Shown one piece after another: positions 1-13,537 of a DNA stretch of 54,650 nt. Made by a program: the position numbers and the translations under genes. Source of the stretch: Methanosarcinales archaeon (GTDB taxonomy: Archaea > Halobacteriota > Syntropharchaeia > Alkanophagales > Methanospirareceae). Each line of letters starts with the position of its first letter. Within the stretch, counting starts at the first letter, position 1. The notes under the pieces were generated by a model. It was not told the origin of the DNA. It saw nothing but the letters and a program-made list of their open reading frames with translations, and ran no database searches. The stretch covers positions 1 through 54,650 of the forward strand of contig JAUWQN010000002.1 of NCBI GenBank assembly GCA_030611045.1, written 5' to 3'.

Positions 1-340
1 GGAAATCCAGCGGTAGATATGTTTCTACAAGCGATAATCTATACCATCTCAGCCCGTAGTAAATAAGAACGAAAACGTTGATTACGAATAAGCAAACGGT
101 AAATCCCTGATAGACCCGATTTGAAATTATCCAGCCTTTCAGTTTCACAGACATATCAAAGAAGTAAGCAAAAAGAAGCCAGCCCAATAGGATGAGAGCA
201 ATACCGGAGCATATACTTTCCCAGAAGGCTATCTCTCCGTCAAGGCTTATGTAGGTCCTCCACAAAATCGCCAGAACTATTATCAGCGCTAATGTTCGTT
301 TGTCCTCTATCACTTTGCCTACGAATTCTTTTATGCCCAT
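1..340 (-). CDS. membrane protein of unknown function, C-terminus cut by window edge
   Basis: Hand translation of the reverse strand from ATG at 338-340 (MGIKEFVGKVIEDKRTLALIIVLAILWRTY...) stays open to position 1. It has several hydrophobic helices. It is not in the supplied ORF track. Confidence 0.4.
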   Translation of the reverse strand, partial: MGIKEFVGKVIEDKRTLALIIVLAILWRTYISLDGEIAFWESICSGIALILLGWLLFAYFFDMSVKLKGWIISNRVYQGFTVCLFVINVFVLIYYGLRWYRLSLVETYLPLDF

Positions 341-563
341 TTTAACGCCCCTATCTTTCCTCCACCATCTGCTCATTAAATATTTTAATAAGCCACATAA
401 ATATTCCGATTGTTTTATAAATATCTTTTTACTTTTATCTATGATTATTTATACACTTCTGTTATAATGGTGATCCGTGACACGGGTGCCACGGAAGGTG
501 AAAGGTGAAAGCGATGGCAAGGATAACGAAGAAGAATCGATCAATAACGGAGGGGACAAAAAG

Positions 564-746
564 ATGGAGCGTATCTTGAAATGGCTCTTTATGTCAGAGA
601 GTGAGGAGGAGATAATCAAGCCTTTTTCCGAAGCTGACATGAAAACAAGGGAAGGAATAGCACGTTTGATAGTTGCATTTGCCCTTCTGGGTGTGTCTAT
701 AGTATATATTACGTTCGTAGTCTTAGTGGCTATGGGTATAATTTGA
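564..746 (+). CDS. small single-pass membrane protein (hypothetical)
   Basis: Lies inside ORF 477..746. The internal ATG at 564 is preceded by GGAGGGGA. An acidic N-terminal half is followed by one TM helix (IARLIVAFALLGVSIVYITFVVLVAMGII). Confidence 0.25.
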   Translation: MERILKWLFMSESEEEIIKPFSEADMKTREGIARLIVAFALLGVSIVYITFVVLVAMGII

Positions 747-836
747 GCGGGAACACTGTCTGCGAGAGGTTTCCCTCGGGTTATAGGAGATAAAAAGCGT
801 GTCAGAGATGAAGGTGGTCAAGGATAGGAGAAAAAG

Positions 837-1268
837 ATGAAGGCAATTGGTGGTAAGAAGATGGGACAAATGAGTGGTTTACCCGGGGCATTTTTTGTTT
901 GCCCTGTTGCAATTGCCGTAGCATCCTCTGGGCATACGCATACCCCGATATGGCAGGAAATACTGTTAGCTTTTCTCGCTATATTTGGATTTGCAGCATA
1001 CGTACTTCTATGCTTTGCGGGAGAAGAACCGCGTCATCGGCAAAAAAAGGTTTTCCTTGCGTTTTATTTTTGTTCTATTGTTGTGATGGTCCTTGCAGGA
1101 TTATTTGTCCATTGGCATATCGAGTTCGGGTGGCAAAAACTACCAGCATTTTACGCAATATATGGATTCTCCGCTTGCGTATTTTTGATTTATTTTGCAA
1201 AAGGACTGCGTTTCTGGCTCCCGAAAGAAGAAGATTATTATGAAAGGAGGGGTAGGAGGGGAGAATGA
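837..1268 (+). CDS. about 4-TM membrane protein, translationally coupled to the downstream MrpD/NuoN-like subunit
   Basis: 143-aa hydrophobic ORF. Its stop overlaps the next start in an ATGA (1265-1268). Confidence 0.45.
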   Translation: MKAIGGKKMGQMSGLPGAFFVCPVAIAVASSGHTHTPIWQEILLAFLAIFGFAAYVLLCFAGEEPRHRQKKVFLAFYFCSIVVMVLAGLFVHWHIEFGWQKLPAFYAIYGFSACVFLIYFAKGLRFWLPKEEDYYERRGRRGE

Positions 1269-3124
1269 TTGGGTGGGTGCATCCAGGGCTCATACTTATC
1301 GTTGGGGCTTTTCTAATACCGTTTTTTAAAGGTAAATGGAAACAGGCATATTTGCTTATACCTCCCACAGCAGCGCTTATAGATGTTATACTCATATATA
1401 AGGGAGTGTTTGGAACTATCCCTTTTTCAGCATGGCATATCCCCTTTTTGGAATATGAACTTGTCTTCGGGAGAGTAGACAAGCTGAGTTTAGTTTTCGG
1501 GCTGGTATTTACCATTGCGGGATTCTGCGGGACCCTTTATGCATTGCAGGTAAAAAGCAGCCTTGAGCACATGATTGATTTCTTCTATGTAGGTAGCACA
1601 CTTGGAGTAATCTTCGCAGGCGACCTCTTCACCCTGTATATCTTCTGGGAGATAATGTCCATTGCATCCATGATTCTTATCTGGCTTGGGGGAACGGATA
1701 AGGCACATAGAGCAGGACTTAGATATATTATATGGCACGTTTTTGGTGGTGTAGTCTTGCTGGCAGGTATTATTATGCATGTGCATACTACGGGTTCAAC
1801 CGCCTTTAATACCTTCAGTTGGGGTTCAGGCATCGAATATTTGCCCTCTTATCTCATCTTCTTTGGTTTTATATTAAATGCTGCCGTTCCACTTCTGCAT
1901 GCGTGGTTACCGGATGCCTATCCGGAATCAACCATTGCAGGCACTGTATTTCTGAGCATCTTTACCACCAAGGCTGCGGTGTATACTCTGGTAAGGGGCT
2001 TCACAGGCGTTGAGATTCTGATAGGGCTTGGGGCGATAATGACGGTTTACCCCATCTTTTTTGCAGTTCTCGAAAATGACTTAAGGAGGGTGCTTTGTTA
2101 TAGCCTCATTAACCAGGTTGGATTCATGTTATGTGGTATAGGGATAGGTACTGCTCTGGCTGTGAATGGTGCGGTTTCTCACGCTTTTGCCAATATATTA
2201 TTTGAGGGGTTGCTATTCCTGTGTGTAGCAAGTGTGCTTTACAGAACGGGGACGTGCAAGTGCACAGACTTAGGTGGACTACGTAAGACCATGCCGTTAA
2301 CTTGCGCTTTTACTTTCGTGGGTGCTGCATCTATATCAGCATTTCCTTTCTTTAGTGGTTTCGCAACTAAATCAATGGTCATCTCTGCAGCGGCCCTCGG
2401 ACATATGGCTTTCGTATGGATCCTTTTACAACTTGCTTCAGCAGGTGTGTTCCACCATGCGGGCATAAAAGTTCCCTTTTTCACCTTTTTCGCAAAAGAC
2501 TGTGGCTTAAGACCCAAAGACCCTCCACTCAATATGCTACTGAGCATGGGAATAGCAGCATTTTTATCCATTTTTATCGGCCTTTATCCGTACTCACTTT
2601 ACAATATCCTACCATATCCGGTTGATTATGCTCCATTCACAGCATCTCACATAATAGGTCAAACCCAACTACTATTATTTGCATCTTTAGCCTTCTTTGC
2701 TCTTATAACTTCCGGGGTGTATCCACCGGAACAAAGGAAAATAAATCTCGACATAGATTGGCCATTTAGGATGGTTGGGGGAAAGTTTATATGGTTCTGT
2801 GAGGTGCCGTTACCAAATTTCGCGAGGATGGTGGACAACGGTATGAAGAGGATTGCTTCCCATTTCTCCTCCTTTGGCAGAAATCCGCTTAGAGCAATAC
2901 AAATAACATTGAGTACGATAATGGTAAAGGCGTTAAAAGCTTTTATTTTAGAGTTCTGGTGGCGTTTATACCAGTATTATGAGCGAGATTTGGAGAAGGC
3001 AAAGAGCCGACCCTTAGAAGAGCCGATGGAAACGGTGCCGATAGGGACCGCTGTGTTGCTGATAATCATTTTTTTCCTTATGTATTTGATAATAACGCTG
3101 ATGTGGGGGTGGCTTGCACCTTAA
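1265..3124 (+). CDS. proton-conducting membrane transporter family subunit (Mrp antiporter subunit D / NuoN / HyfB-like) with C-terminal extension
   Basis: 619 aa with many TM helices. Core segments are typical of the family (AWLPDAYPESTIAGTVFLSIFTTKAAVY, SLINQVGFML). There is an extra tail of about 120 aa ending in a TM helix. Confidence 0.8.
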   Translation: MIGWVHPGLILIVGAFLIPFFKGKWKQAYLLIPPTAALIDVILIYKGVFGTIPFSAWHIPFLEYELVFGRVDKLSLVFGLVFTIAGFCGTLYALQVKSSLEHMIDFFYVGSTLGVIFAGDLFTLYIFWEIMSIASMILIWLGGTDKAHRAGLRYIIWHVFGGVVLLAGIIMHVHTTGSTAFNTFSWGSGIEYLPSYLIFFGFILNAAVPLLHAWLPDAYPESTIAGTVFLSIFTTKAAVYTLVRGFTGVEILIGLGAIMTVYPIFFAVLENDLRRVLCYSLINQVGFMLCGIGIGTALAVNGAVSHAFANILFEGLLFLCVASVLYRTGTCKCTDLGGLRKTMPLTCAFTFVGAASISAFPFFSGFATKSMVISAAALGHMAFVWILLQLASAGVFHHAGIKVPFFTFFAKDCGLRPKDPPLNMLLSMGIAAFLSIFIGLYPYSLYNILPYPVDYAPFTASHIIGQTQLLLFASLAFFALITSGVYPPEQRKINLDIDWPFRMVGGKFIWFCEVPLPNFARMVDNGMKRIASHFSSFGRNPLRAIQITLSTIMVKALKAFILEFWWRLYQYYERDLEKAKSRPLEEPMETVPIGTAVLLIIIFFLMYLIITLMWGWLAP

Positions 3125-3319
3125 AATTTTAGGGGTAAAGGAGATACAACGGCTAAGACCTTATTCGATAGCCGAGCATCCGATTGTGTTATCAGAAAAG
3201 ACACCGCAAAGAAGATTGCGACATTGGAGTTTTCTTTAAACAGTTAAACACCTATTTAATTAATGACATGCTAGCTATATAGAGGAATTATGAAGTGTTT
3301 CTGTTAAGTTAAGTGTGGG

Positions 3320-3730
3320 GTGAGGGATTGTAAAATGGAGTTATCAAAAGGGAAAAGGGTAAGGGATGTGATGAAGCGAGGTGTTATTACTGTATCTTTT
3401 GACACGCCTGTAAGTGAAATTGCAAAACTCCTGGTAAAGGAGGGCGTATCGGGCGTTGCGGTAACTGCGCCAGACGATGAGGTAATGGGCGTTATATCGG
3501 AGATTGACGTTATCAAATTCTTCGATCAGGATTGGGACACCTTAACGGCGGAGGATGTTATGTCCACCTTTGTGAGGGCGATAGATCCAGAAACGACGAT
3601 AAAGAAAGCCGCAAAGATTATGAGGGATTTGAATATCCACAGGTTATTGATTCTTTCTGTAAGTCCCGCTCCTGGCATTCCCATAGCGATATTAGCAGCG
3701 AGTGACATACTGAGAGCGAGTGTTGAATAA
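3320..3730 (+). CDS. CBS-domain pair protein
   Basis: Two CBS repeats (VMKRGVITVSFDTPVSEIAKLLVKEGVSGVAV and VMSTFVRAIDPETTIKKAAKIMRDLNIHRLLI). An alternative ATG lies at 3335. Confidence 0.8.
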   Translation: MRDCKMELSKGKRVRDVMKRGVITVSFDTPVSEIAKLLVKEGVSGVAVTAPDDEVMGVISEIDVIKFFDQDWDTLTAEDVMSTFVRAIDPETTIKKAAKIMRDLNIHRLLILSVSPAPGIPIAILAASDILRASVE

Positions 3731-3735
3731 CACAC

Positions 3736-3746
3736 TTTTTCTTTTT
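3736..3746 (+). terminator. oligo-T tract (TTTTTCTTTTT) directly after the CBS gene stop
   Basis: Archaeal termination typically occurs at T-runs. Two T5 runs start 6 nt after the TAA at 3728-3730. The tract is part of the conserved element 3733-3772. Confidence 0.4.
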
Positions 3747-3798
3747 CACAAAAAGAAAACCTGTGCTAAAAGAAAAACAAATATTTTTCAGCAAGCAA

Positions 3799-4683
3799 AT
3801 GATCACAAAAGAATTGATAAAGGACGTAACGATAAACATTTTGAGGCGAGCGGAGACAACACTGCCAAACGATGTGAAAGCGGCGCTGGTTCGTGCATAC
3901 GAGCGCGAAGAGCAGGAAATAGCGAAGGTGCAGTTGGAAGCAATGCTTGAGAATGTGAAGCTTGCCGAAGAGCTGCAGCGACCGTTATGTCAGGACACGG
4001 GCATTCCACTTTTTTACGTAAAACTCGGGAGTGGAAACGTAAACGTGAATCTCGGAGATATTGAGAGCGGTATAATAGAGGGAGTGGATGAAGCAACGAA
4101 ATCAATCCCGTTGCGGTTGAATGTAGTGGATGCGATAACGCGCGAAGGGGAAGGCGCGAATATAGGGGATAGAATGCCGTATATCAATTATAGCATTGAC
4201 TCGGATGTTGATGGACTTGAGATTTTGGTATTTCCGAAAGGCGGTGGCTCGGAGAACGTGAGTGCATTTACGATGCTGACGCCGAAGCCGGAAACGGAAG
4301 CATTAAAAGCGATACGGACGTTTATTCTTGAGGTGGTGGTCAAAGCTGCGGGTAAGCCGTGCCCGCCCACGATTATCGGCGTCGGTATCGGTGGCTCTGC
4401 GGATATAGCGATGAAGCTCGCGAAAGTAGCAGTGCTTCGACCGGTTGGCGTGAGGAATATTGAGGAGCGGATAGCACGATTTGAGGAGGAGCTTCTCGAA
4501 GCGGTGAACAACACGGGTATCGGGCCTATGGGTTTGGGAGGAAAAACAACTGCGCTTGACGTGCATATAGAGACCGCAAGCACACACATCACCAGCTTGC
4601 CTGTAGCTGTGAATTTCCAGTGCTGGGCAGCGCGTCAAGCTGTGGCGAAGATACATGAAGATGGAAGGGTGGAGTATGTGTGA
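3799..4683 (+). CDS. fumA: class I (Fe-S) fumarate hydratase / tartrate dehydratase, alpha (N-terminal domain) subunit
   Basis: LCQDTGIPLFYVKLG motif and overall Fe-S hydro-lyase alpha-type pattern. ATG 3799 is preferred over the upstream GTG at 3763. No beta subunit is adjacent. Confidence 0.85.
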   Translation: MITKELIKDVTINILRRAETTLPNDVKAALVRAYEREEQEIAKVQLEAMLENVKLAEELQRPLCQDTGIPLFYVKLGSGNVNVNLGDIESGIIEGVDEATKSIPLRLNVVDAITREGEGANIGDRMPYINYSIDSDVDGLEILVFPKGGGSENVSAFTMLTPKPETEALKAIRTFILEVVVKAAGKPCPPTIIGVGIGGSADIAMKLAKVAVLRPVGVRNIEERIARFEEELLEAVNNTGIGPMGLGGKTTALDVHIETASTHITSLPVAVNFQCWAARQAVAKIHEDGRVEYV

Positions 4684-4816
4684 AAAACTCATAGAAAGAA
4701 AGCGAAAAGCTTTTAAGTGCATTTGCACAAGCGTATGTAAGTAGTAGGGAAAACAATAGAGGAAAGATATGCTAATTAACTACGCTAATAATTCGGGTGG
4801 TGATGTATCATAGGCA

Positions 4817-5992
4817 ATGCCGAGACCAGTAGCCATAGTTGGAATTGGATCCACAAAAATAGGGGAATTGTGGAAATACTCATTTAGAGATTTAGCAATG
4901 AAAGCAGGGATCAGCGCTTTAACCGATGCTGGAATGTCAGGAAACGAAATTCAGGCATTATGGGGCGGAAATATGAGTGCCGGGCAGTTCCTTAATCAGG
5001 AACATGTGGCTGCATTAATTGTTGATTATGTTGGTTTAGCTGATTTACATATTTCTGCTACCAGAGTTGAACAAGCGTGTGCCAGTGGTGGAGCAGCTTT
5101 GCGAGAAGCGATTCTCGCGGTAGCCAGTGGATATTATGACATAGTAATGGCGGCAGGTATAGAGAAGATGACTGATGTAGATAGCGGAACAGCAGCTAAA
5201 ATATTAGCATCCGCCGCGGATCAAGAGTGGGAAGCACTTATGGGAGCTACATTTCCTTCACTTTACGCATTAATCGCGCAGGAGCATATGCAGAAGTTTG
5301 GCACAACATCGGAACAATTAGCCGCTGCGGCAGTAAAGAACCACCGTAATGCGAGGAATAACCCGCTCGCTCATTTCAGAAATGAGATAACGATAGAGCA
5401 AGTACTTAACTCACCGATGATTTCAAGCCCGCTTCATATTCTTGATTGCTGTCCACTTTCTGACGGTGCAGCCGCGGTAGTAGTGACGTCAGCGGAAAGA
5501 GCCAAGGAATTTACTGAGACGCCTATTTATATTAATGCGACAGCCCAAGCCAGTGATTATCTTGCTGTATATGATAGGAGAGAGCACACCACATTTGACT
5601 CGACTGTTGTTGCGAGCAGGAGCGCTTATCAACAGGCGCGATTGGAACCCAAAGATATTGACGTTTGTGAAGTGCATGACTGTTTTACCATCGCGGAGAT
5701 ACTTGCGATAGAGGATTTAGGGTTTTTTGATAAAGGTAAGGGAGGAATAGCTACCGAAGAGGGGGAGACTGAGATAGGTGGTCGAATACCAATAAACCCT
5801 TCCGGTGGGCTGAAAGCAGGTGGCCATCCAGTGGGAGCAACGGGAATAAAGCAGGTTTATGAAATTGTGCAACAGCTAAGGGGCGAAGCAGGTAAAAGAC
5901 AGGTAAATGGCGCGGAAATAGGAATGACGCATAATATCGGTGGCTCAGGAGCAACTTGCGTAATCCATATTCTTTCACGTGATTTATCGTAA
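4817..5992 (+). CDS. thiolase-family acetyl-CoA C-acetyltransferase (archaeal/SCP-x type)
   Basis: Thiolase landmarks are present: [14 protein letters not shown] (Cys nucleophile), [19 protein letters not shown] and [14 protein letters not shown]. Confidence 0.85.
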   Translation: MPRPVAIVGIGSTKIGELWKYSFRDLAMKAGISALTDAGMSGNEIQALWGGNMSAGQFLNQEHVAALIVDYVGLADLHISATRVEQACASGGAALREAILAVASGYYDIVMAAGIEKMTDVDSGTAAKILASAADQEWEALMGATFPSLYALIAQEHMQKFGTTSEQLAAAAVKNHRNARNNPLAHFRNEITIEQVLNSPMISSPLHILDCCPLSDGAAAVVVTSAERAKEFTETPIYINATAQASDYLAVYDRREHTTFDSTVVASRSAYQQARLEPKDIDVCEVHDCFTIAEILAIEDLGFFDKGKGGIATEEGETEIGGRIPINPSGGLKAGGHPVGATGIKQVYEIVQQLRGEAGKRQVNGAEIGMTHNIGGSGATCVIHILSRDLS

Positions 5993-6258
5993 TCGGGAGA
6001 TAAAAACTCTTTTACTCAAAAAACCTCTTTCTCACCGTTTTTTCCAGACTAACTTCGGTTTTTGGCTTCAAAGTTTTTTTGGAATCTCACAGAGTTTCAA
6101 TTCTTGTTTTAGTGGATTAGCCTCTTCGACTATAGTATAGATAAACCGGATGTAAAAGAAGACTTGTAAAAGAGCTTGTCTACGTCTACGTGCTGATGCA
6201 GGAGTGCGTATTCGTTAAACTGCATGGCACAGAAGAATCTTAAAGAGGCTATCGAGCT

Positions 6259-7059
6259 TTATATCGAGAGTTTTAACACACCATTATCCATCTCATAGCA
6301 CTGCCCTTCCACGATAAGCTCCTCAATTACTTCCTCTACCCATGCCTCTTTTAACCCTTTATTCTTCAAGGCTTGCACTAACTTCTCACGTTCTATACCA
6401 CTCTTTTCCACTTTCTTTATCGTCTCTACTATCATTTCCTTCGTTGTTGTATGATAATGCTGCCACATGTTCTTTACAGCGTTTATTACCGTGCTCGCTA
6501 AGGCATCCAGTTTATCATTGTCAAGTGCGTAATGCTCCAACGCTTCCTTTAAAATGACCTTGTCCGAAAAAAAAACGTTTTCTTCTTTCTTTGAAGAAAT
6601 GGTTGTGCGGAGCAGTTCTATCCTCTCCATCGTCCTCCATGCGGTAGTTAGTATCCAACCGTTTCTTACACGTGCCTCCACAGTTCCAACTTCTTCAGCC
6701 AGTATAATATTTCTTTTTCCTGCACCCTCACGCAAATGCACGTTGCCGAGGAAAGCGAGAAATGTCTTTTTCTCTTCTGCATTTGCCTTTACACCTTCCA
6801 CGTGGATAACTTTGTTTGTATAGATAGTAAGAGAGGCTGTCGGGTCGGTTAGTTTTATCCGGGCTATGTTACCTCTTGTCTCTACTTCTTTTACTTCTCC
6901 CACGCCAAAGAGTCTATCGCACCGTGCGCACGTAGGAGTGCCGAGTACAGTCATCCCATTTTCTTGTACAATAAAATCGCTTTTCAAAAATTCGTCAAAA
7001 AAGACTCTACAGGTCGGAACCAAGGCGTGCTTTAGATTTTTTTGTGCATGATGCATCAT
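6259..7059 (-). CDS. conserved archaeal OB-fold protein, Rpa-associated-protein-like (COG3390-like)
   Basis: The pattern CRVFFDEF...LGTPTCARCDRLFGVGEVKEVE...ARIKLTDPTASLTIY resembles the archaeal RPA-associated OB-fold family. The assignment is from memory only. Confidence 0.4.
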   Translation of the reverse strand: MMHHAQKNLKHALVPTCRVFFDEFLKSDFIVQENGMTVLGTPTCARCDRLFGVGEVKEVETRGNIARIKLTDPTASLTIYTNKVIHVEGVKANAEEKKTFLAFLGNVHLREGAGKRNIILAEEVGTVEARVRNGWILTTAWRTMERIELLRTTISSKKEENVFFSDKVILKEALEHYALDNDKLDALASTVINAVKNMWQHYHTTTKEMIVETIKKVEKSGIEREKLVQALKNKGLKEAWVEEVIEELIVEGQCYEMDNGVLKLSI

Positions 7060-7083
7060 AACGAGCTAGAAAGGTTTTAAAAA

Positions 7084-7884
7084 TTAAACGATGATGATGC
7101 CGCCATATCCAACAACGCTGGACCGATCACCAATGATGTCCCCGCTTGTTGCGTATTTTGTCACTTTTCCTTCCGTTGCACCGAGTTTTTTCGCTGCATG
7201 CATCATCGCGGCTATCGGATACACGCCGCATGCGGTCACGTTTCGTTCATAAACCCGCTTATAGAACTTCGCAACGTCCAGCTCTTTTATCGCTTCTATC
7301 ACGTACTCGTCCTTCGCTCTCGCTATTCTGTCAGGTTCATAATGTGTGAAATCCGAAGATGCAAGCATAACCACTCTTTTATCTGTTTTAGCAATCGTGT
7401 CAGCCAGGTCTTCTCCTATCTCCCTCGCGGTTTCTTCATCGGATAAGCCAATACCAATAGGAACAAAGCGGAACGTTTTATCGAAGAGGAATTGAAGAAA
7501 TGGGAGTTGAACTTCGATGGAATGCTCGTATCTATGCGCAGTTTCGTCTACGTCAATAATCCGCTTTGGTAACGCATCCACAAATGCTTCGTCTGCTTCT
7601 ACATCTCCTAAAGGTGTTGCCCACATGTCCTTTGAAACAGCAATGGGCGACCCTATACCCTGATGATTAACGCCGAGAATGACAAAGATATCCGCTGGGG
7701 GAAGTTTAGCGTAGACACTCGCCGCTACGCTGCCCGAATATAGATAGCCTGCATGAGGAACAACAGCGCCGATAATATTTTCGTTCTCTTCTCTGGGTAT
7801 ACCTGAGAAGCAATCTCGTAGCTGTTCTTCCAATCTGTCCTTATCACCTTCATAAAAGGCTCCAGCTACTGCTGCTCTTCTCAT
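7084..7884 (-). CDS. MEMO1-family protein (AmmeMemoRadiSam system protein B)
   Basis: N-terminal RRAAVAGAFYEGD followed by VVPHAGYLYSGSVAA, typical of the Memo/UPF0103 family. Confidence 0.85.
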   Translation of the reverse strand: MRRAAVAGAFYEGDKDRLEEQLRDCFSGIPREENENIIGAVVPHAGYLYSGSVAASVYAKLPPADIFVILGVNHQGIGSPIAVSKDMWATPLGDVEADEAFVDALPKRIIDVDETAHRYEHSIEVQLPFLQFLFDKTFRFVPIGIGLSDEETAREIGEDLADTIAKTDKRVVMLASSDFTHYEPDRIARAKDEYVIEAIKELDVAKFYKRVYERNVTACGVYPIAAMMHAAKKLGATEGKVTKYATSGDIIGDRSSVVGYGGIIIV

Positions 7885-7913
7885 CTTCTGATTTTATCTT
7901 ATTTTAGCTTAGC

Positions 7914-12334
<4,421 letters not shown>

Positions 12335-12367
12335 AGAATAGACAGTTAGTTGTTTAGAGATTAGATA

Positions 12368-13435
12368 TTAAGATTTAGGAGGTTCCACTTCCAGCCCTTC
12401 TCCACCTGTTTTCACGTCCATGGCAAGCGCACCCGCGATCTTCATCGCAGCTTTTATGCCCTCTCCTGCCTCTCCAGGCAGCACCAAAACCGAGCCGACA
12501 CCACCCATATCGTCCGAACCACCTGCTCCTGTTACTTTTGCACCTAAAGCGCCCAACTCCTGTGACACCTTCACGAGTTCGCTTAACCGTCTTGGAACCA
12601 CCCCGATTGCATCCAGCAAACCATGATTGATATTCATCAGCGCACCCAATTTCTGGAAATCACCGTCTTCTATCGCCCTGATTGCCTGTGCCGCTATTTC
12701 ATCCGAGGCTTCAAAGACGGAATCAAATATGCTCGTAAAAGTCTCCCTCCGATTCTTAACCCCTGCTACAAGTTCTTTAGTCTTCAATCCCATCTCAGAT
12801 GCTTTTGTGCCCTCCATACTCAATGGTATGCTCCCAACACACCCTACAATCAAATTCAATTCGGCTAAATGCAATTGCTTCACTTCGTTTCGCTCTACTA
12901 ACACATATCCGCCATACGTTGAAATTGCGGTGTCAATAGGACTGGCAGCGCCCTGTACCTCCTTCTCAACACTGTGTGCATCAGTTCTTATCCTTTCCAC
13001 ATCGCCCTTCACGCCAAAATATTCTTTGAGTGCCGCGATAGTCGCAACACAGGTAGCTGCCGAAGACCCTAACCCCGCGGAAAGCGGTATTTCCGACTTT
13101 ATCTCTATTTCCACTCCTTCGTCTCCTATACCATACCGCTCTTCAAGGTATTCTATTGATCCTTTGACATACGCAAGTGCTTTTGCTGCCGCGCTGTAAT
13201 CCTTATAAGGAAGGACTTTTCTATCTCTCCCTTTCCCTGCTCCTAAATCAAGCTCCAAGCCAAACGTAGGTATGTTCGCTATTTTTACGTGATACCCCCT
13301 CTTTTCTCTGCTCGAGACCTCTACTGCAAGCCGACGGTTTATAGCAGCAGCTAATGCTCGCTTACCGTACACCACGAAATGCTCACCAAATAATATCACC
13401 TTAGCAGGAACAGATGCCCGTATCTTTTCATCCAT
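12368..13435 (-). CDS. mvk: mevalonate kinase
   Basis: GHMP kinase motifs PAKVILFGEHFVVYG and IPLSAGLGSSAATCVA. Confidence 0.9.
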   Translation of the reverse strand: MDEKIRASVPAKVILFGEHFVVYGKRALAAAINRRLAVEVSSREKRGYHVKIANIPTFGLELDLGAGKGRDRKVLPYKDYSAAAKALAYVKGSIEYLEERYGIGDEGVEIEIKSEIPLSAGLGSSAATCVATIAALKEYFGVKGDVERIRTDAHSVEKEVQGAASPIDTAISTYGGYVLVERNEVKQLHLAELNLIVGCVGSIPLSMEGTKASEMGLKTKELVAGVKNRRETFTSIFDSVFEASDEIAAQAIRAIEDGDFQKLGALMNINHGLLDAIGVVPRRLSELVKVSQELGALGAKVTGAGGSDDMGGVGSVLVLPGEAGEGIKAAMKIAGALAMDVKTGGEGLEVEPPKS

Positions 13436-13537
13436 GTTTCTATTATAGTTTTTTCTTTTCCGAAAACGCTTTTTCTAAAAGGGTTGTTTTTAGTCAAGGT
13501 TTTTATCGCAGATAAAAAAGTTGTTTGATAAAACTTT

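Noticed and set aside
899-1243. Alternative-frame ORF overlapping 837-1268, and similar nested ORFs such as 21042-21356 and 3720-3950.
   Set aside because: Their products are Cys/Arg-rich or otherwise implausible, and each overlaps a better-supported frame.
6190-6298. Possible degraded HicB/UPF0150-like antitoxin. One frame reads ...ECVFVKLHGTEES and the next frame reads NLKEAIELYIESF in the thiolase/RPAP convergent gap.
   Set aside because: Only about 35 codons are split over two frames, and the region overlaps the 3' end of the reverse-strand gene. It is too short to distinguish from chance without a profile search.
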